Shown: positions 9,326-17,819 of the stretch, one piece after another
Layout: the number at the start of each line of letters is the position of its first letter
Position numbering within the stretch: position 1 is the first letter of the stretch
Virus record (IMG/VR): IMGVR_UViG_3300014019_000001
Coordinates: 32,001 to 96,000 of that record
DNA length: 64,000 bases
Origin: a virus
Taxonomy: Duplodnaviria > Caudoviricetes
Reading direction: 5' to 3' (one strand)
Program-made: the position numbers and the translations under genes
The notes under the pieces: generated by a model
Seen by the model: only the letters and a program-made list of their open reading frames with translations
Databases searched by the model: none
What the model was told of the DNA's origin: nothing

Positions 9326-9778
9326 TCAATCACTGTGCTTCACCGAACGCACCTCGCCGCCGGTCCATGGGTCGACCTCAATGGTCAGCCGGATCGCGTC
9401 CTCGGCGCTCTTGCCCAGCTTCATCGCCATGTAGGCGCTCTGCTGCCCGGAGCCGATGGCGTAGAAGTCGGCTTTGACCGGTCCTGTGAATGCCCGGCCG
9501 TCGTTCCAGTAGAAGGCAGATCCGTCCGGCTCGACGACCAGCGCCTGAACAAGGTGCTCCTGATCGGCCACAGCGCGCTCCAGGGCGGCGTCATCCGGTA
9601 GACTGTTCAACCAGGCCAGAAAGTTGCTGGGCGCGCCCACGACGCTGCTGGAGACGCCCACAAGGCGGCCGCCGCGCAGGCGAAAGACCTTGGTCTTGTT
9701 CCCGATGGGATGCTTGTCGCCGGAATAGGCCCGGCTGTCACCTGCGAGGATGCCGGCGCGATAGGCGATTGTCGTCAT
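9326..9778 (-). CDS. Ntn-hydrolase, HslV/proteasome-beta-like peptidase
   Basis: Starts MTTIAY..LAGDS; K; AIGSG; D.WTGG. Confidence 0.75.
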   Translation of the reverse strand: MTTIAYRAGILAGDSRAYSGDKHPIGNKTKVFRLRGGRLVGVSSSVVGAPSNFLAWLNSLPDDAALERAVADQEHLVQALVVEPDGSAFYWNDGRAFTGPVKADFYAIGSGQQSAYMAMKLGKSAEDAIRLTIEVDPWTGGEVRSVKHSD

Positions 9779-10116
9779 GCAAGATCGCCCAGAATGCGCT
9801 TCGGCTGCATGATCGCCCGGTTGAGGCGATAGAAGGCGTCCTCGACGTGCCGGCGCGCGATCTGCACGGAAGCTTGGTCGATCTCCTGGCTGTCCCGGTT
9901 GCGAACGTGCTCATCGACGCGGCGCAGAACCTTTTCCTCCAGGATCTTGTTCTCGTTCACCATGTCGATCTTCCACTGCTCGACGGTCTTGGCGTAGCCG
10001 GCGACGGGCAGGCCGGAATGACCGGGAATAGGCGAGGGCGCCTTCTGGTCGTCAAAGAGGGGAAGTTGATGCGTGTCGGCAACCTCGGCGGCACGCTGCT
10101 GCTCGGTTCGGTCCAT
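9775..10116 (-). CDS. Acb2-like anti-CBASS nucleotide sponge
   Basis: VAGY...IDMVNENK...IARRHVEDAFYRLNRAIMQP matches the Acb2 pattern (GY..ID.MN..K...RAIAQP); start trimmed so it does not overlap the tRNA. Confidence 0.7.
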   Translation of the reverse strand: MDRTEQQRAAEVADTHQLPLFDDQKAPSPIPGHSGLPVAGYAKTVEQWKIDMVNENKILEEKVLRRVDEHVRNRDSQEIDQASVQIARRHVEDAFYRLNRAIMQPKRILGDLA

Positions 10117-10142
10117 TCGATGATCCTGTGGGGTAGGGGAGT

Positions 10143-10218
10143 TGGCTGAGGAGGCTGGGCTCGAACCAGCGACAGGGCGATTAACAGTCGCCAGCTCTAC
10201 CATCTGAGCTACTCCCCA
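10143..10218 (-). tRNA. tRNA-Asn(GTT)
   Basis: TGGGGAGTAGCTCAGATGGTAGAGC..GGCGA CT GTT AA TCGCC..GGTTCGAGCC..GCCA; 76-nt cloverleaf. Confidence 0.95.
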
Positions 10219-10222
10219 ACGT

Positions 10223-10299
<77 letters not shown>

Positions 10300-10551
10300 T
10301 TGATGGGAAGATCCTAAGTAAGTGATTACCTACAGTCAAGCGCGATTTAGCGAAAAGGCTATTTGGCTATAGAGCGCTATCGCTAGGAGAGGTGGCTACA
10401 GGCAGTTCCGGATCTGTGGGGCCGGGGTAGACGCAACTTAGGTCAAGGTCCATCTCGTCGGGACACAGAGGAGAGGTGGCTAGGATGCCGGGGAGTTGGT
10501 GAGCGATGGAGGTATCCCCTTGAAATCACACGCAAATCTCTAAGACTTCGC

Positions 10552-10580
10552 TTGCACTACTCGCAGCAAACGTCTAATGT
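10552..10580 (+). promoter_or_regulatory. Sigma70-type promoter of the GG-free gene
   Basis: TTGCAC (10552-57), 17-nt spacer, TAATGT (10575-80). Confidence 0.65.
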
Positions 10581-10720
10581 GTATTCATCAACAGAGAGCA
10601 AGTAGCTCAGTTGATTTGAAGCAAGCGCTTCAAGCTCTTTGACATTCGAATAGATGACATGCGACGCATCCCGATTGAGCGCGTTCATGTCACAGAAAGC
10701 TAATATTTCATCTTCAATAG

Positions 10721-10738
10721 TAAGTCATTACTGACTTA
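10721..10738. promoter_or_regulatory. 18-bp palindromic operator TAAGTCATTACTGACTTA
   Basis: Member of the dispersed TAAGTMA-N4-TKACTTA family; lies just upstream of the GAGAGAG RBS. Confidence 0.7.
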
Positions 10739-10760
10739 CACAACATGAGAGAGAACGAAC

Positions 10761-11336
10761 ATGACTGACAATAACAACGTATTCTCGACCGCTCTTAACG
10801 CTCGCGTTGACGCTGCTGTCAAAGCTGACAAGATGAGCGAGAGCAACCGTGAGAAGCTTCGCAACTTCGCGAAAGAGTGCAACAAGTCTGAAAAGCTCGT
10901 CGCTTTCTTGAGCGCGTGCGCTGTTGACGTGCGCGTATTTGAAAACGACGTCTACGAGATCGACAAGCTGCGCAATCTGTCGCGCTTCGCAGTCGATGAA
11001 ATCGCAGCGCGCGATTTCAACGAAATGAACAGATGCGTGTTCCTGACAGCGCTCGCTTTCGAACGCGCTGATATCGCGTTCACGAGAGAAGACGCGACAC
11101 ACGCTTGCAGCGCGCATTACAAAATCAAAGACGCGAAAAAGCGCGCGCTGACTTCGCAGAACGCAAAGACTGTCGCTGACAGCACAGTCGCATCGCAGCA
11201 TAGAAGCTCGCTCAAAGCGCTTGAAGCGCTGAACGTGCTTCGCAGCGTCAACAAGAGCGAGTTTCGCATGAACCTGCAAAGCGATGCGACGATTAAGCTC
11301 GCAGCGAAATTCAATATCGACCTGACGGCTAAGTAA
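10761..11336 (+). CDS. Gly/Pro/Trp-free protein, paralog of 12351..13136; putative immediate-early DNA-binding regulator
   Basis: 191-aa ORF with promoter and RBS; shares DVYEIDKL/NVYAADKL, AF..A...FT.E.A and TV...T...Q..S...AL with the paralog. Confidence 0.8.
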   Translation: MTDNNNVFSTALNARVDAAVKADKMSESNREKLRNFAKECNKSEKLVAFLSACAVDVRVFENDVYEIDKLRNLSRFAVDEIAARDFNEMNRCVFLTALAFERADIAFTREDATHACSAHYKIKDAKKRALTSQNAKTVADSTVASQHRSSLKALEALNVLRSVNKSEFRMNLQSDATIKLAAKFNIDLTAK

Positions 11337-11422
11337 GCACTTACTGCTAGAGCGCTAGAAATAGCGCTCTAGCTATTTCGCTAAATAGCCCAACCGGGCA
11401 TCCCGCGCCCCTGGAGCCACCC

Positions 11423-11584
11423 ATGAACCTCCTCCTGATCGCCGTTGGCGTGCTCTTTGCCGTCATCCGCGCAGCCGCCTGCTATCTGGACCCTCATCCG
11501 GGCAACCAGTTCAACCTCATCATGAGCCTGCTCCTTGCCGGCGTCCTCATCGTCGGCAGCCTGGAACAGCCGGACTATGTATGA
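11423..11584 (+). CDS. Small membrane protein
   Basis: Manual reading MNLLLIAVGVLFAVIR...; GGAG RBS; two hydrophobic stretches. Confidence 0.45.
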   Translation: MNLLLIAVGVLFAVIRAAACYLDPHPGNQFNLIMSLLLAGVLIVGSLEQPDYV

Positions 11585-11771
11585 GCTGCTCCTGATCACC
11601 ATCGTCAGCGCGTCCAGCGCTGGCGCCTCCGCCATCGAGACCCAGGCGATCGAGACCTACGATACCGCCGACGCCTGCCTCGATGCCGTCAGCCAGATGC
11701 CGATCCGGAAGATCCAGCTCCCGACCGGACAGACCCTCACCCTGAAACTCGCCTGCGAGAAACGACCATGA
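11577..11771 (+). CDS. Small secreted protein
   Basis: Signal-like MYELLLITIVS, two Cys; start trimmed. Confidence 0.5.
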   Translation: MYELLLITIVSASSAGASAIETQAIETYDTADACLDAVSQMPIRKIQLPTGQTLTLKLACEKRP

Positions 11772-11953
11772 GCAAGCACCAGCCCGTGCAGGACGACACC
11801 TGCCGCCACAAATTCAAACCGTCGACACTGGCAGCCAGACAGGCTGCCTACGACACCCTGGACGAGGATTGGCTCGATGACGTCGAGCACCTGGCGTTGC
11901 CGCACTATCGCTTCGGCGATGGCGTGCGCCACTACCTGGAAGGAATCGAATAG
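11768..11953 (+). CDS. Hypothetical protein
   Basis: ATGA overlap with the upstream ORF. Confidence 0.5.
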   Translation: MSKHQPVQDDTCRHKFKPSTLAARQAAYDTLDEDWLDDVEHLALPHYRFGDGVRHYLEGIE

Positions 11954-11999
11954 CCCCAAGGCGCCCTACCAAGGGCGCCAGCGGGAGCCGCCCGCCGAC

Positions 12000-12285
12000 C
12001 CATGGAAGCCCACGGAGCCCCGTGGAGAGCGTTTCCCATGGTCGCATGAGCGCTGGCCCGTCCGAAGGGCCAAACGCGCGTCCTGGGCCGCCTGTGCCAA
12101 TATGCGCCCCATGGGGTGCCATGGCGAAAGCCCGAAATCAGGAAATAGCGAAATCGGGAAAGGAATACGAAGGTGCTGGTCCTACGGCCGACCAGCACCG
12201 GATCCCATGGAGCCCACCGGTTCCCCTAAGCCGCTCCGCCTGAATTCGCCCTAGGCTCACAATCGCCGCCCATGGAAACCCATGG
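12000..12285. repeat. Phased CCRYGG array
   Basis: Sites start at 12000, 12010, 12020, 12036, 12109, 12119, 12205, 12270, 12280. Confidence 0.75.
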
Positions 12286-12302
12286 GCCGTAACCCGCCAC
12301 GA

Positions 12303-12330
12303 AGAAGGGCAGCCCGTAGACTGCCCTCTC
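12303..12330. terminator. Hairpin terminator between converging units
   Basis: AGGGCAG-cccgtaga-CTGCCCT stem downstream of the 12351 stop. Confidence 0.55.
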
Positions 12331-12350
12331 GTTCTCTCTGGACTTGTGCC

Positions 12351-13136
12351 TTACGCCGCCAGCACCTCCTGGAGGCGCTTGGTCTGCGGCGTGTCGGTCA
12401 GCTCGTAGACGGGCGCGCGGAACGTGCCGGAGTTCTTGACGATGCCCATCGTCTGGAGAGCCGTCATGGTCGAGGACGTCTGCGTCGACATGGTGCCCGG
12501 ATCGACGGTGTGGCGGATGAGGATCTTCTGCATGGCGGCGCTGACCTTCACCTTGTCGCAGGCTGCAGCCTTCGCCATCTCCCCGGTGAACTTCTCGCCG
12601 GCGGCGCGGAAGGCGAAGAGGCTCTTGCAGATGGCGATGTTGATCTTGTTGGTCAGGGCGCCGTCCCGGAGACCCTTCACCAGGTCAGCGAGCTTGTCCG
12701 CCGCGTAGACGTTGAAGCGGCTGCCTTCCGAGACGGACCGGTTGATGAAGTCGGGCTCGACCTGGGCGGCGATGAGGATTGCCGCTGCGGAGGGCAGGGT
12801 GAGCTTGGCGCGCGTCTTGTCCAGGCTCTTGTGGATCCGCTCGTTGTTCGGGTTCTTGGTCTTCTCGTAGGTCGCCCGGTCGTCGAAGCCCTTGGCGACC
12901 TTCTGCGCCATTGCCAGCTTCTGCTCGTCCGTGTAGCTGTCAGCGATCTGGGGCAGGGTGAGCTCGACAGCGCCGTCGCCGGCCGGGCCGGGGTCAGACT
13001 GGACCGTTTCCGAGACTACGACAGTATTGCCGTCGCCCGTTTCGAGACCGGCGAGAATAGCAACTTCGTGATCCGTGATGACTTCCTCGGATACGACGGT
13101 CGCCTGTGCCTTCTTTGCGTTGTTGTTCTTAGCCAT
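12351..13136 (-). CDS. Conserved hypothetical protein, probable C-terminal winged helix; paralog of the GG-free gene
   Basis: Start trimmed to MAKNN (AGGA RBS); motif sharing with 10761..11336. Confidence 0.8.
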   Translation of the reverse strand: MAKNNNAKKAQATVVSEEVITDHEVAILAGLETGDGNTVVVSETVQSDPGPAGDGAVELTLPQIADSYTDEQKLAMAQKVAKGFDDRATYEKTKNPNNERIHKSLDKTRAKLTLPSAAAILIAAQVEPDFINRSVSEGSRFNVYAADKLADLVKGLRDGALTNKINIAICKSLFAFRAAGEKFTGEMAKAAACDKVKVSAAMQKILIRHTVDPGTMSTQTSSTMTALQTMGIVKNSGTFRAPVYELTDTPQTKRLQEVLAA

Positions 13137-13267
13137 TTCGTGTTTCCTTCTCTCTCGTTTTCCTCTCAAGCGCTTCATTGCTCTTGATGATTACAAGATA
13201 GAACGTGTCTCTATGGGTGTCGGCTGGGAAGAACAGGCATGTTGCATGGTAATACAGGACCGTTACT

Positions 13268-13575
13268 CCATGGGACCGGAAGGTTCTCCACGGAGCCCCA
13301 CGGAACGCCATGGCTGACCGTGGAGAGGGGAGGGCGAGCCATGGGCCGGGAAGATGATTTGTCCCTAAGGAGACGGCGCGCGTTTTACGAGCCGGAGGAG
13401 TGCCATTTTAGTTTTCCCTTAATTCGCGTCTCCATACTATGTATATATACCCTTTAAAGACGTAATAACTTACTTAGTATGGAAGAGGCGAGGGAAGCGT
13501 CTCCGGCTCGTGGGTTGGTAGGCGATTCCGTGGGTGGATGGGTTTCCGGCCGTGGAAGTCCGTGGTGAACCTTGG
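13268..13575. repeat. Phased CCRYGG arrays flanking copy 2 of the AT-cored inverted repeat (13387-13511)
   Basis: Sites at 13268, 13288, 13298, 13308, 13318, 13339, 13528, 13550, 13560 and CCTTGG at 13570. Confidence 0.75.
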
Positions 13576-14618
13576 CGCGGCCACCTCACCACCGCTTTTC
13601 GATCGCCCTTCAATCTTCCTAGGCTCTTCGCTTTCTTCACCCTCTACGCGTTCACGCTGTCGCTCACTCTAGCCTCAGTCTCCCTATAGCTCTCCTAGGC
13701 TACGCTCCTTTCTACAGTCGCACGTTCACCTCATACGCACCTGGTCTTCTCCGGCTCGTGCTTCTTCTGGTGATCGCCCTTTCGCTCATTCGGGAAATAG
13801 CTATTTCGTGTGATCGCTATTGCGCTACGCCAGTGTGTTGCCAGTTGCTGCGTCTCCTGTGTGCTGTTTCGCTCAGGGTTGATCACCTGATAGCGTCCAT
13901 GACTCTTCTGCGTGTCGTTGCTGCTCTCGGGCGTGTTTGCTTGCTGGTGAGCTTCTATGCGTCTTTGAGGGTTTCGCCTGTTCATGGCTGTAGCGGTTTA
14001 CCGAAATCGCTTTTTCGCTATTTACGGATTTGGCTGCAAACCTGGTGCTAAGCTAGGGCTAAGGATCCTCTTATTCCGGATAAGAAGGTTGGCGGCCGGG
14101 CCTAGGTTCATTTCGATGGCGAAACGGTATGGAGCCATGGGATTGAGCGCCCGTGGAAGGCCGTGGAGTTGACGGCGCGCAAAGGAAAGGGCAGAGCGCG
14201 GAGAAAGGATAAGCCGCGACATCTGCCCTTTGGTAGGTGCCCAAGCACCCGGCGAGCGATAGTTTGCAGACTACCGCCGCCCTTCCTTTGCCTGACCTGC
14301 CGGGGGAGAAACTCCGGCATTCAGTGCTGTCGGTGTTATTCCACTAGGAGGGCGCATGAATCCCACCTGCTTGCACGACCGCCGACTGCGCGCTAGTAAC
14401 CGCTTACTTAGTTATAGCGGCCGGAGAGAGGCTTGCGCCTATTCTTCGACGGGCTCTGCCTGGTAGTCCTCGAAGAAGTTCTCAACGCCGAGGCGTTTTG
14501 CCTCTGCCTGTGCCTCGGTGATTCCGGCCGATGGTGTTCCGGTCCAGGTGAAGATGTGGACGCGACGCTTGGCCGGTGCGCTGTAGGCGGTGATCTTGTG
14601 GCGCATTGTCATTCCCCT

Positions 14619-14843
14619 TTAGGCCAGTCGGATGATGTCGAAGAGCAGGTGAATGTTGTTCCAGATCTCCTGCTGTTCCTCGGAGCCGTCAGCTACGGGC
14701 ATGACGTCGTTGTTCTGCTCCTCGGCGCGCTGGGCGGCCTCTACCGGGTCGTGGCCGTATTGCGTCGCGTCGATGATTGCCTTGAGGACGCGGTGCTGGG
14801 CTTCCGTCAGCACGATGGTTTTGGTCTTCTTCGGCTTGCTCAT
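14619..14843 (-). CDS. Hypothetical protein
   Basis: GGAG RBS and AACCC-box promoter upstream; start trimmed. Confidence 0.55.
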   Translation of the reverse strand: MSKPKKTKTIVLTEAQHRVLKAIIDATQYGHDPVEAAQRAEEQNNDVMPVADGSEEQQEIWNNIHLLFDIIRLA

Positions 14844-14920
14844 CGCTTGTCTCCGTCTCGCGTTTCGATGATTCACTGTCGCACGACGCGAGACGGGTTG
14901 CGGGAGGGCCGTGACGGCTG

Positions 14921-15211
14921 TTATCGGGTGCGCAGGTAGTCGTAGTTCCGCAGGTAGTTGCGGATGACAATCGGTGTGAGCTGGGTCAGCACGGCTTCGT
15001 CGTTGATCAGGTCACGCATAGCGGCACCAGTGAGGAACAGGTGCGCCGGCAGGTTCGGCACATGGTTGTTCTGCGGCGAACGCGGGCAGCGGAAGCGAAG
15101 ACGGCGCGACAGCAGTTTGACGCGCCCGACATACTCGCCGTTGACATACGCCTTGGCGAGTTCGTGATCGATGGTGTCGTAGGTGACGTTCAGGGCGATG
15201 GGCTTTGTCAT
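14921..15211 (-). CDS. Hypothetical protein
   Basis: Start trimmed to MTKPI; coupled to the upstream ORF. Confidence 0.5.
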   Translation of the reverse strand: MTKPIALNVTYDTIDHELAKAYVNGEYVGRVKLLSRRLRFRCPRSPQNNHVPNLPAHLFLTGAAMRDLINDEAVLTQLTPIVIRNYLRNYDYLRTR

Positions 15212-15537
15212 GTTCGATACTCTCCGGTTTTGTGATGGCGGAACAGCATGGTGGCGGGGCACCAGATCCAACCTTCTCGCGCCATGGCTTGGCGATGCTC
15301 CTCTTCCAGCTCGCGGCGGCGCTTCGTCTCGGCCTCCTTCTGGCGCGCCAGGAGCTGACCTTCCGGACTCTCGGTAAACTGAGTGTCCTTGATCCACCTC
15401 TCGGCGTCGGCGTAGCTGTAGGTCGTGTAGCAGGGGGTCAATGACCAATTCTTGAGCGGCCATGGACCGAGCGCCTTGCGGACGAAATAGGTGATGGAGG
15501 TGCCGGAGGCGCGGGGCTCGATCTTGTATTCAGCCAT
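15208..15537 (-). CDS. Hypothetical protein
   Basis: GGAGAG RBS. Confidence 0.6.
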   Translation of the reverse strand: MAEYKIEPRASGTSITYFVRKALGPWPLKNWSLTPCYTTYSYADAERWIKDTQFTESPEGQLLARQKEAETKRRRELEEEHRQAMAREGWIWCPATMLFRHHKTGEYRT

Positions 15538-15621
15538 GGATTCTCTCCATGATCACGGAGATGGTCGCGAGCAGCATGAGCGCGACCAGGACTGTCGCCA
15601 TGATGTGGTCGGCGAAGGTCT

Positions 15622-15906
15622 TCATCGGATGTTCCTCTCGCACCAGAAGTCGATCCAGTCGTCTGTGCCGGTGTCAGCGATGCGCTCGTCTTCCGGCAGG
15701 CCGTTCACGATCAGGCACCAGCCAATGCGTCGTCCGCCTTCGTGCTCAAACAGGATCACCTGGGCCTCATCGACGGCGTTCACGGCTGCCTCGGCGCGTG
15801 AGGCACGCGTGCCTTGGTAGTCGGGCTCATCGCCGCCGCCGTCGACCACGATGAAGTGCCCGGCGTCAGCAGCGTCTTTGAGGAGCTTGCGAACGAAGTT
15901 CGTCAT
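15622..15906 (-). CDS. Hypothetical protein
   Basis: GGAG RBS, in an operon array. Confidence 0.6.
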   Translation of the reverse strand: MTNFVRKLLKDAADAGHFIVVDGGGDEPDYQGTRASRAEAAVNAVDEAQVILFEHEGGRRIGWCLIVNGLPEDERIADTGTDDWIDFWCERNIR

Positions 15907-15908
15907 GG

Positions 15909-16154
15909 TCAGCTCCTCTGCAGGATCTCGGTGACGGCGGCGGAGGCCAGGGCGAGCGTCGGATGACCTCCGTGATCCCTCATGCCGGTGATCTGCCCGG
16001 CGCCGTCGCGATAATATTGATTGACCCAGAACTCGCCGAAGGAGTGCTGGATGGCAAAGTCCGACTCCTTGCCGTCTACGAGAACGACCGTCTGGTCATC
16101 CTCGGACTCAGGGCACTCGGACGCTTCGAAGCGAAAGGTGATCTGTTTGGTCAC
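15909..16154 (-). CDS. Hypothetical protein
   Basis: First gene after the operator/promoter at 16166-16210. Confidence 0.6.
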   Translation of the reverse strand: MTKQITFRFEASECPESEDDQTVVLVDGKESDFAIQHSFGEFWVNQYYRDGAGQITGMRDHGGHPTLALASAAVTEILQRS

Positions 16155-16232
16155 TGCTGTTCTCCTAAGTAATTCAATACTTAGAGAATAGCGTTTCGAC
16201 AGCCGGGTTACGGCTGGTTTGTTGCGGTAGGC

Positions 16233-16862
16233 TTAGGGAGTCGTCTTGGACTGCAGGTAGTGGCGATAGTAGCCGGTGCGCTCCACGGGCTCGAACTCGA
16301 TGAGTTCCTCGGAACTGATCAGCGCCGGCAGACCTTCCTTCAGGACCTTGGCTGCATTCTCACCGGTGATCTGGTGAAGGACGATCGCCTTCACGCTGAT
16401 GGTGGGCACGGCATCCGGGTTCTTCGACCATGCCTTTGCCTGGACAGCGCGCACCTGGCGAGTGACCTCCCGGAGGGTCGGGAGTGAGTAGGTTTTGCCG
16501 CCGTGCTGGAATTCGTAGATCGTGACGCCCTTGGCTCGGCCTGACTTCCTCTTGGCCCGTTTGGCGCGGGGCGGTTTCGCCTTGGCAGCCTGGCGCCGGA
16601 TCTCAGGAAGGTTGTTATGCGCCCGGCGGCCGGCATCGGTCAGCTCCACACCGCCCGTTTCGTTGAAGGCGACGAAATCGATGCCTAGGAGCTTTCGGAT
16701 CAGCACAGCGCCCACGAAGCGGCCGGCGGCCGGCTTGCTGGTGTGGTTGTTGCCTACACCCCAGACGTTGAAGCCAGCCGGGTAAAGCGCGCCCTCTCCG
16801 AGGAGACGAAGGGCGGATTTCATGGCTGGGGTGACGATGACGTCTTTTCCGGATTCGCTCAT
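16233..16862 (-). CDS. Hypothetical basic protein, possible winged helix
   Basis: VELTDAGR wing motif, Lys/Arg-rich linker. Confidence 0.55.
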   Translation of the reverse strand: MSESGKDVIVTPAMKSALRLLGEGALYPAGFNVWGVGNNHTSKPAAGRFVGAVLIRKLLGIDFVAFNETGGVELTDAGRRAHNNLPEIRRQAAKAKPPRAKRAKRKSGRAKGVTIYEFQHGGKTYSLPTLREVTRQVRAVQAKAWSKNPDAVPTISVKAIVLHQITGENAAKVLKEGLPALISSEELIEFEPVERTGYYRHYLQSKTTP

Positions 16863-16917
16863 GGCAGTGGCTTATCTTATTGCGGATAAGATGAGCTAGA
16901 TTGCCCGGAAGGATAGG

Positions 16918-17196
16918 TCAACCCTGAGTGTCAGCCTGGCGAGATCGCGGCGGGTAGATGTTCACCCGGAAGAGGGGCTTCATCATGCCGCTGTTCTTCA
17001 TCATCGCCATGGCGTTGTCGGCCACGTCCCGGTCTTCGAACTTGTTGCCGTGGACGACTCGCCCGCTGTCGTCGTAGACCGTCATGAAGCCGATGGGCTC
17101 AGGTTTGCGGAGCTCGCCAAGGACCTCAAGGTCATCCTCGATCATCTCCGCAATCCACCTCTCCAGATCGTCGAGTGGATCGCTTGCAGCGTTCAT
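16918..17196 (-). CDS. Hypothetical protein
   Basis: Start trimmed to MNAAS; ATGA overlap. Confidence 0.5.
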   Translation of the reverse strand: MNAASDPLDDLERWIAEMIEDDLEVLGELRKPEPIGFMTVYDDSGRVVHGNKFEDRDVADNAMAMMKNSGMMKPLFRVNIYPPRSRQADTQG

Positions 17197-17819
17197 CGCC
17201 GTGGCCCCTCCAGTTTCTCGACGGCGATCCAGAACTTCTGCTTCTGATACAGGTCGGTTCTGCTGACCAGAGCAGTGTCCCGGTCCAGGCGATGGACATG
17301 CACAGATCCGGGCGTGTGGCCTTTCACGTCGTCTCTGATGCGCGCCAGGCCGGGCACGGAGAACGGAAGCGAGAGGGTCGGCTCGCGGGGCGTCGACAGC
17401 AATGATGCCTTGATCTTCGGGAGATTGATGGGTTCCGGAAACTGCACCTCGATCGGAATGAGGTTCGTCGGGCAGTCTCCTTTGCCGCCCGTCGTCCGGC
17501 CGAGGTCGCCACAGGAATCGGAGCGGTTGTAACGGTGAATGCCCTTGTCGCAGAAGACGCACTCGTAGCCCTTGGTGTCGGCGCGACCCTTGATCGTGAC
17601 CAGCTCGCCGCCGAGGCTCATATAGGTCTTGCCGACCTCGAACCGGAAATTCTCCGGCGCGTTGATGTCCGGGCGAAATTTCAGCAAGCAGGCGATCGCC
17701 TGGAGACGATTGCGCGTGTTGGTGTCGAGGATCTTTTCGCCGCCGAGCTTCCACAGCCAGTCGGCGTGCGACCATACCTTCGGATCGATCTTGGCTTCGT
17801 ATTCTGCCATTGTGGTCAT
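17193..17819 (-). CDS. Hypothetical protein
   Basis: 208 aa, coupled. Confidence 0.6.
   Translation of the reverse strand: MTTMAEYEAKIDPKVWSHADWLWKLGGEKILDTNTRNRLQAIACLLKFRPDINAPENFRFEVGKTYMSLGGELVTIKGRADTKGYECVFCDKGIHRYNRSDSCGDLGRTTGGKGDCPTNLIPIEVQFPEPINLPKIKASLLSTPREPTLSLPFSVPGLARIRDDVKGHTPGSVHVHRLDRDTALVSRTDLYQKQKFWIAVEKLEGPRR

Noticed and set aside
10728-11279. Antisense 183-aa ORF in the GG-free island
   Set aside because: The + strand ORF has the promoter, RBS and a paralog; the antisense ORF has none of these.
10761-11336. Amino-acid or tRNA-supply explanation for the lack of Gly/Pro/Trp
   Set aside because: The depletion extends to the promoter, leader, RBS and codon junctions, so it is not a protein-level effect alone.
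11956-14166. CRISPR array
   Set aside because: The repeats are 6-8 bp with 8-10-bp periods rather than 25-45-bp repeats with unique spacers, and there are no cas genes.
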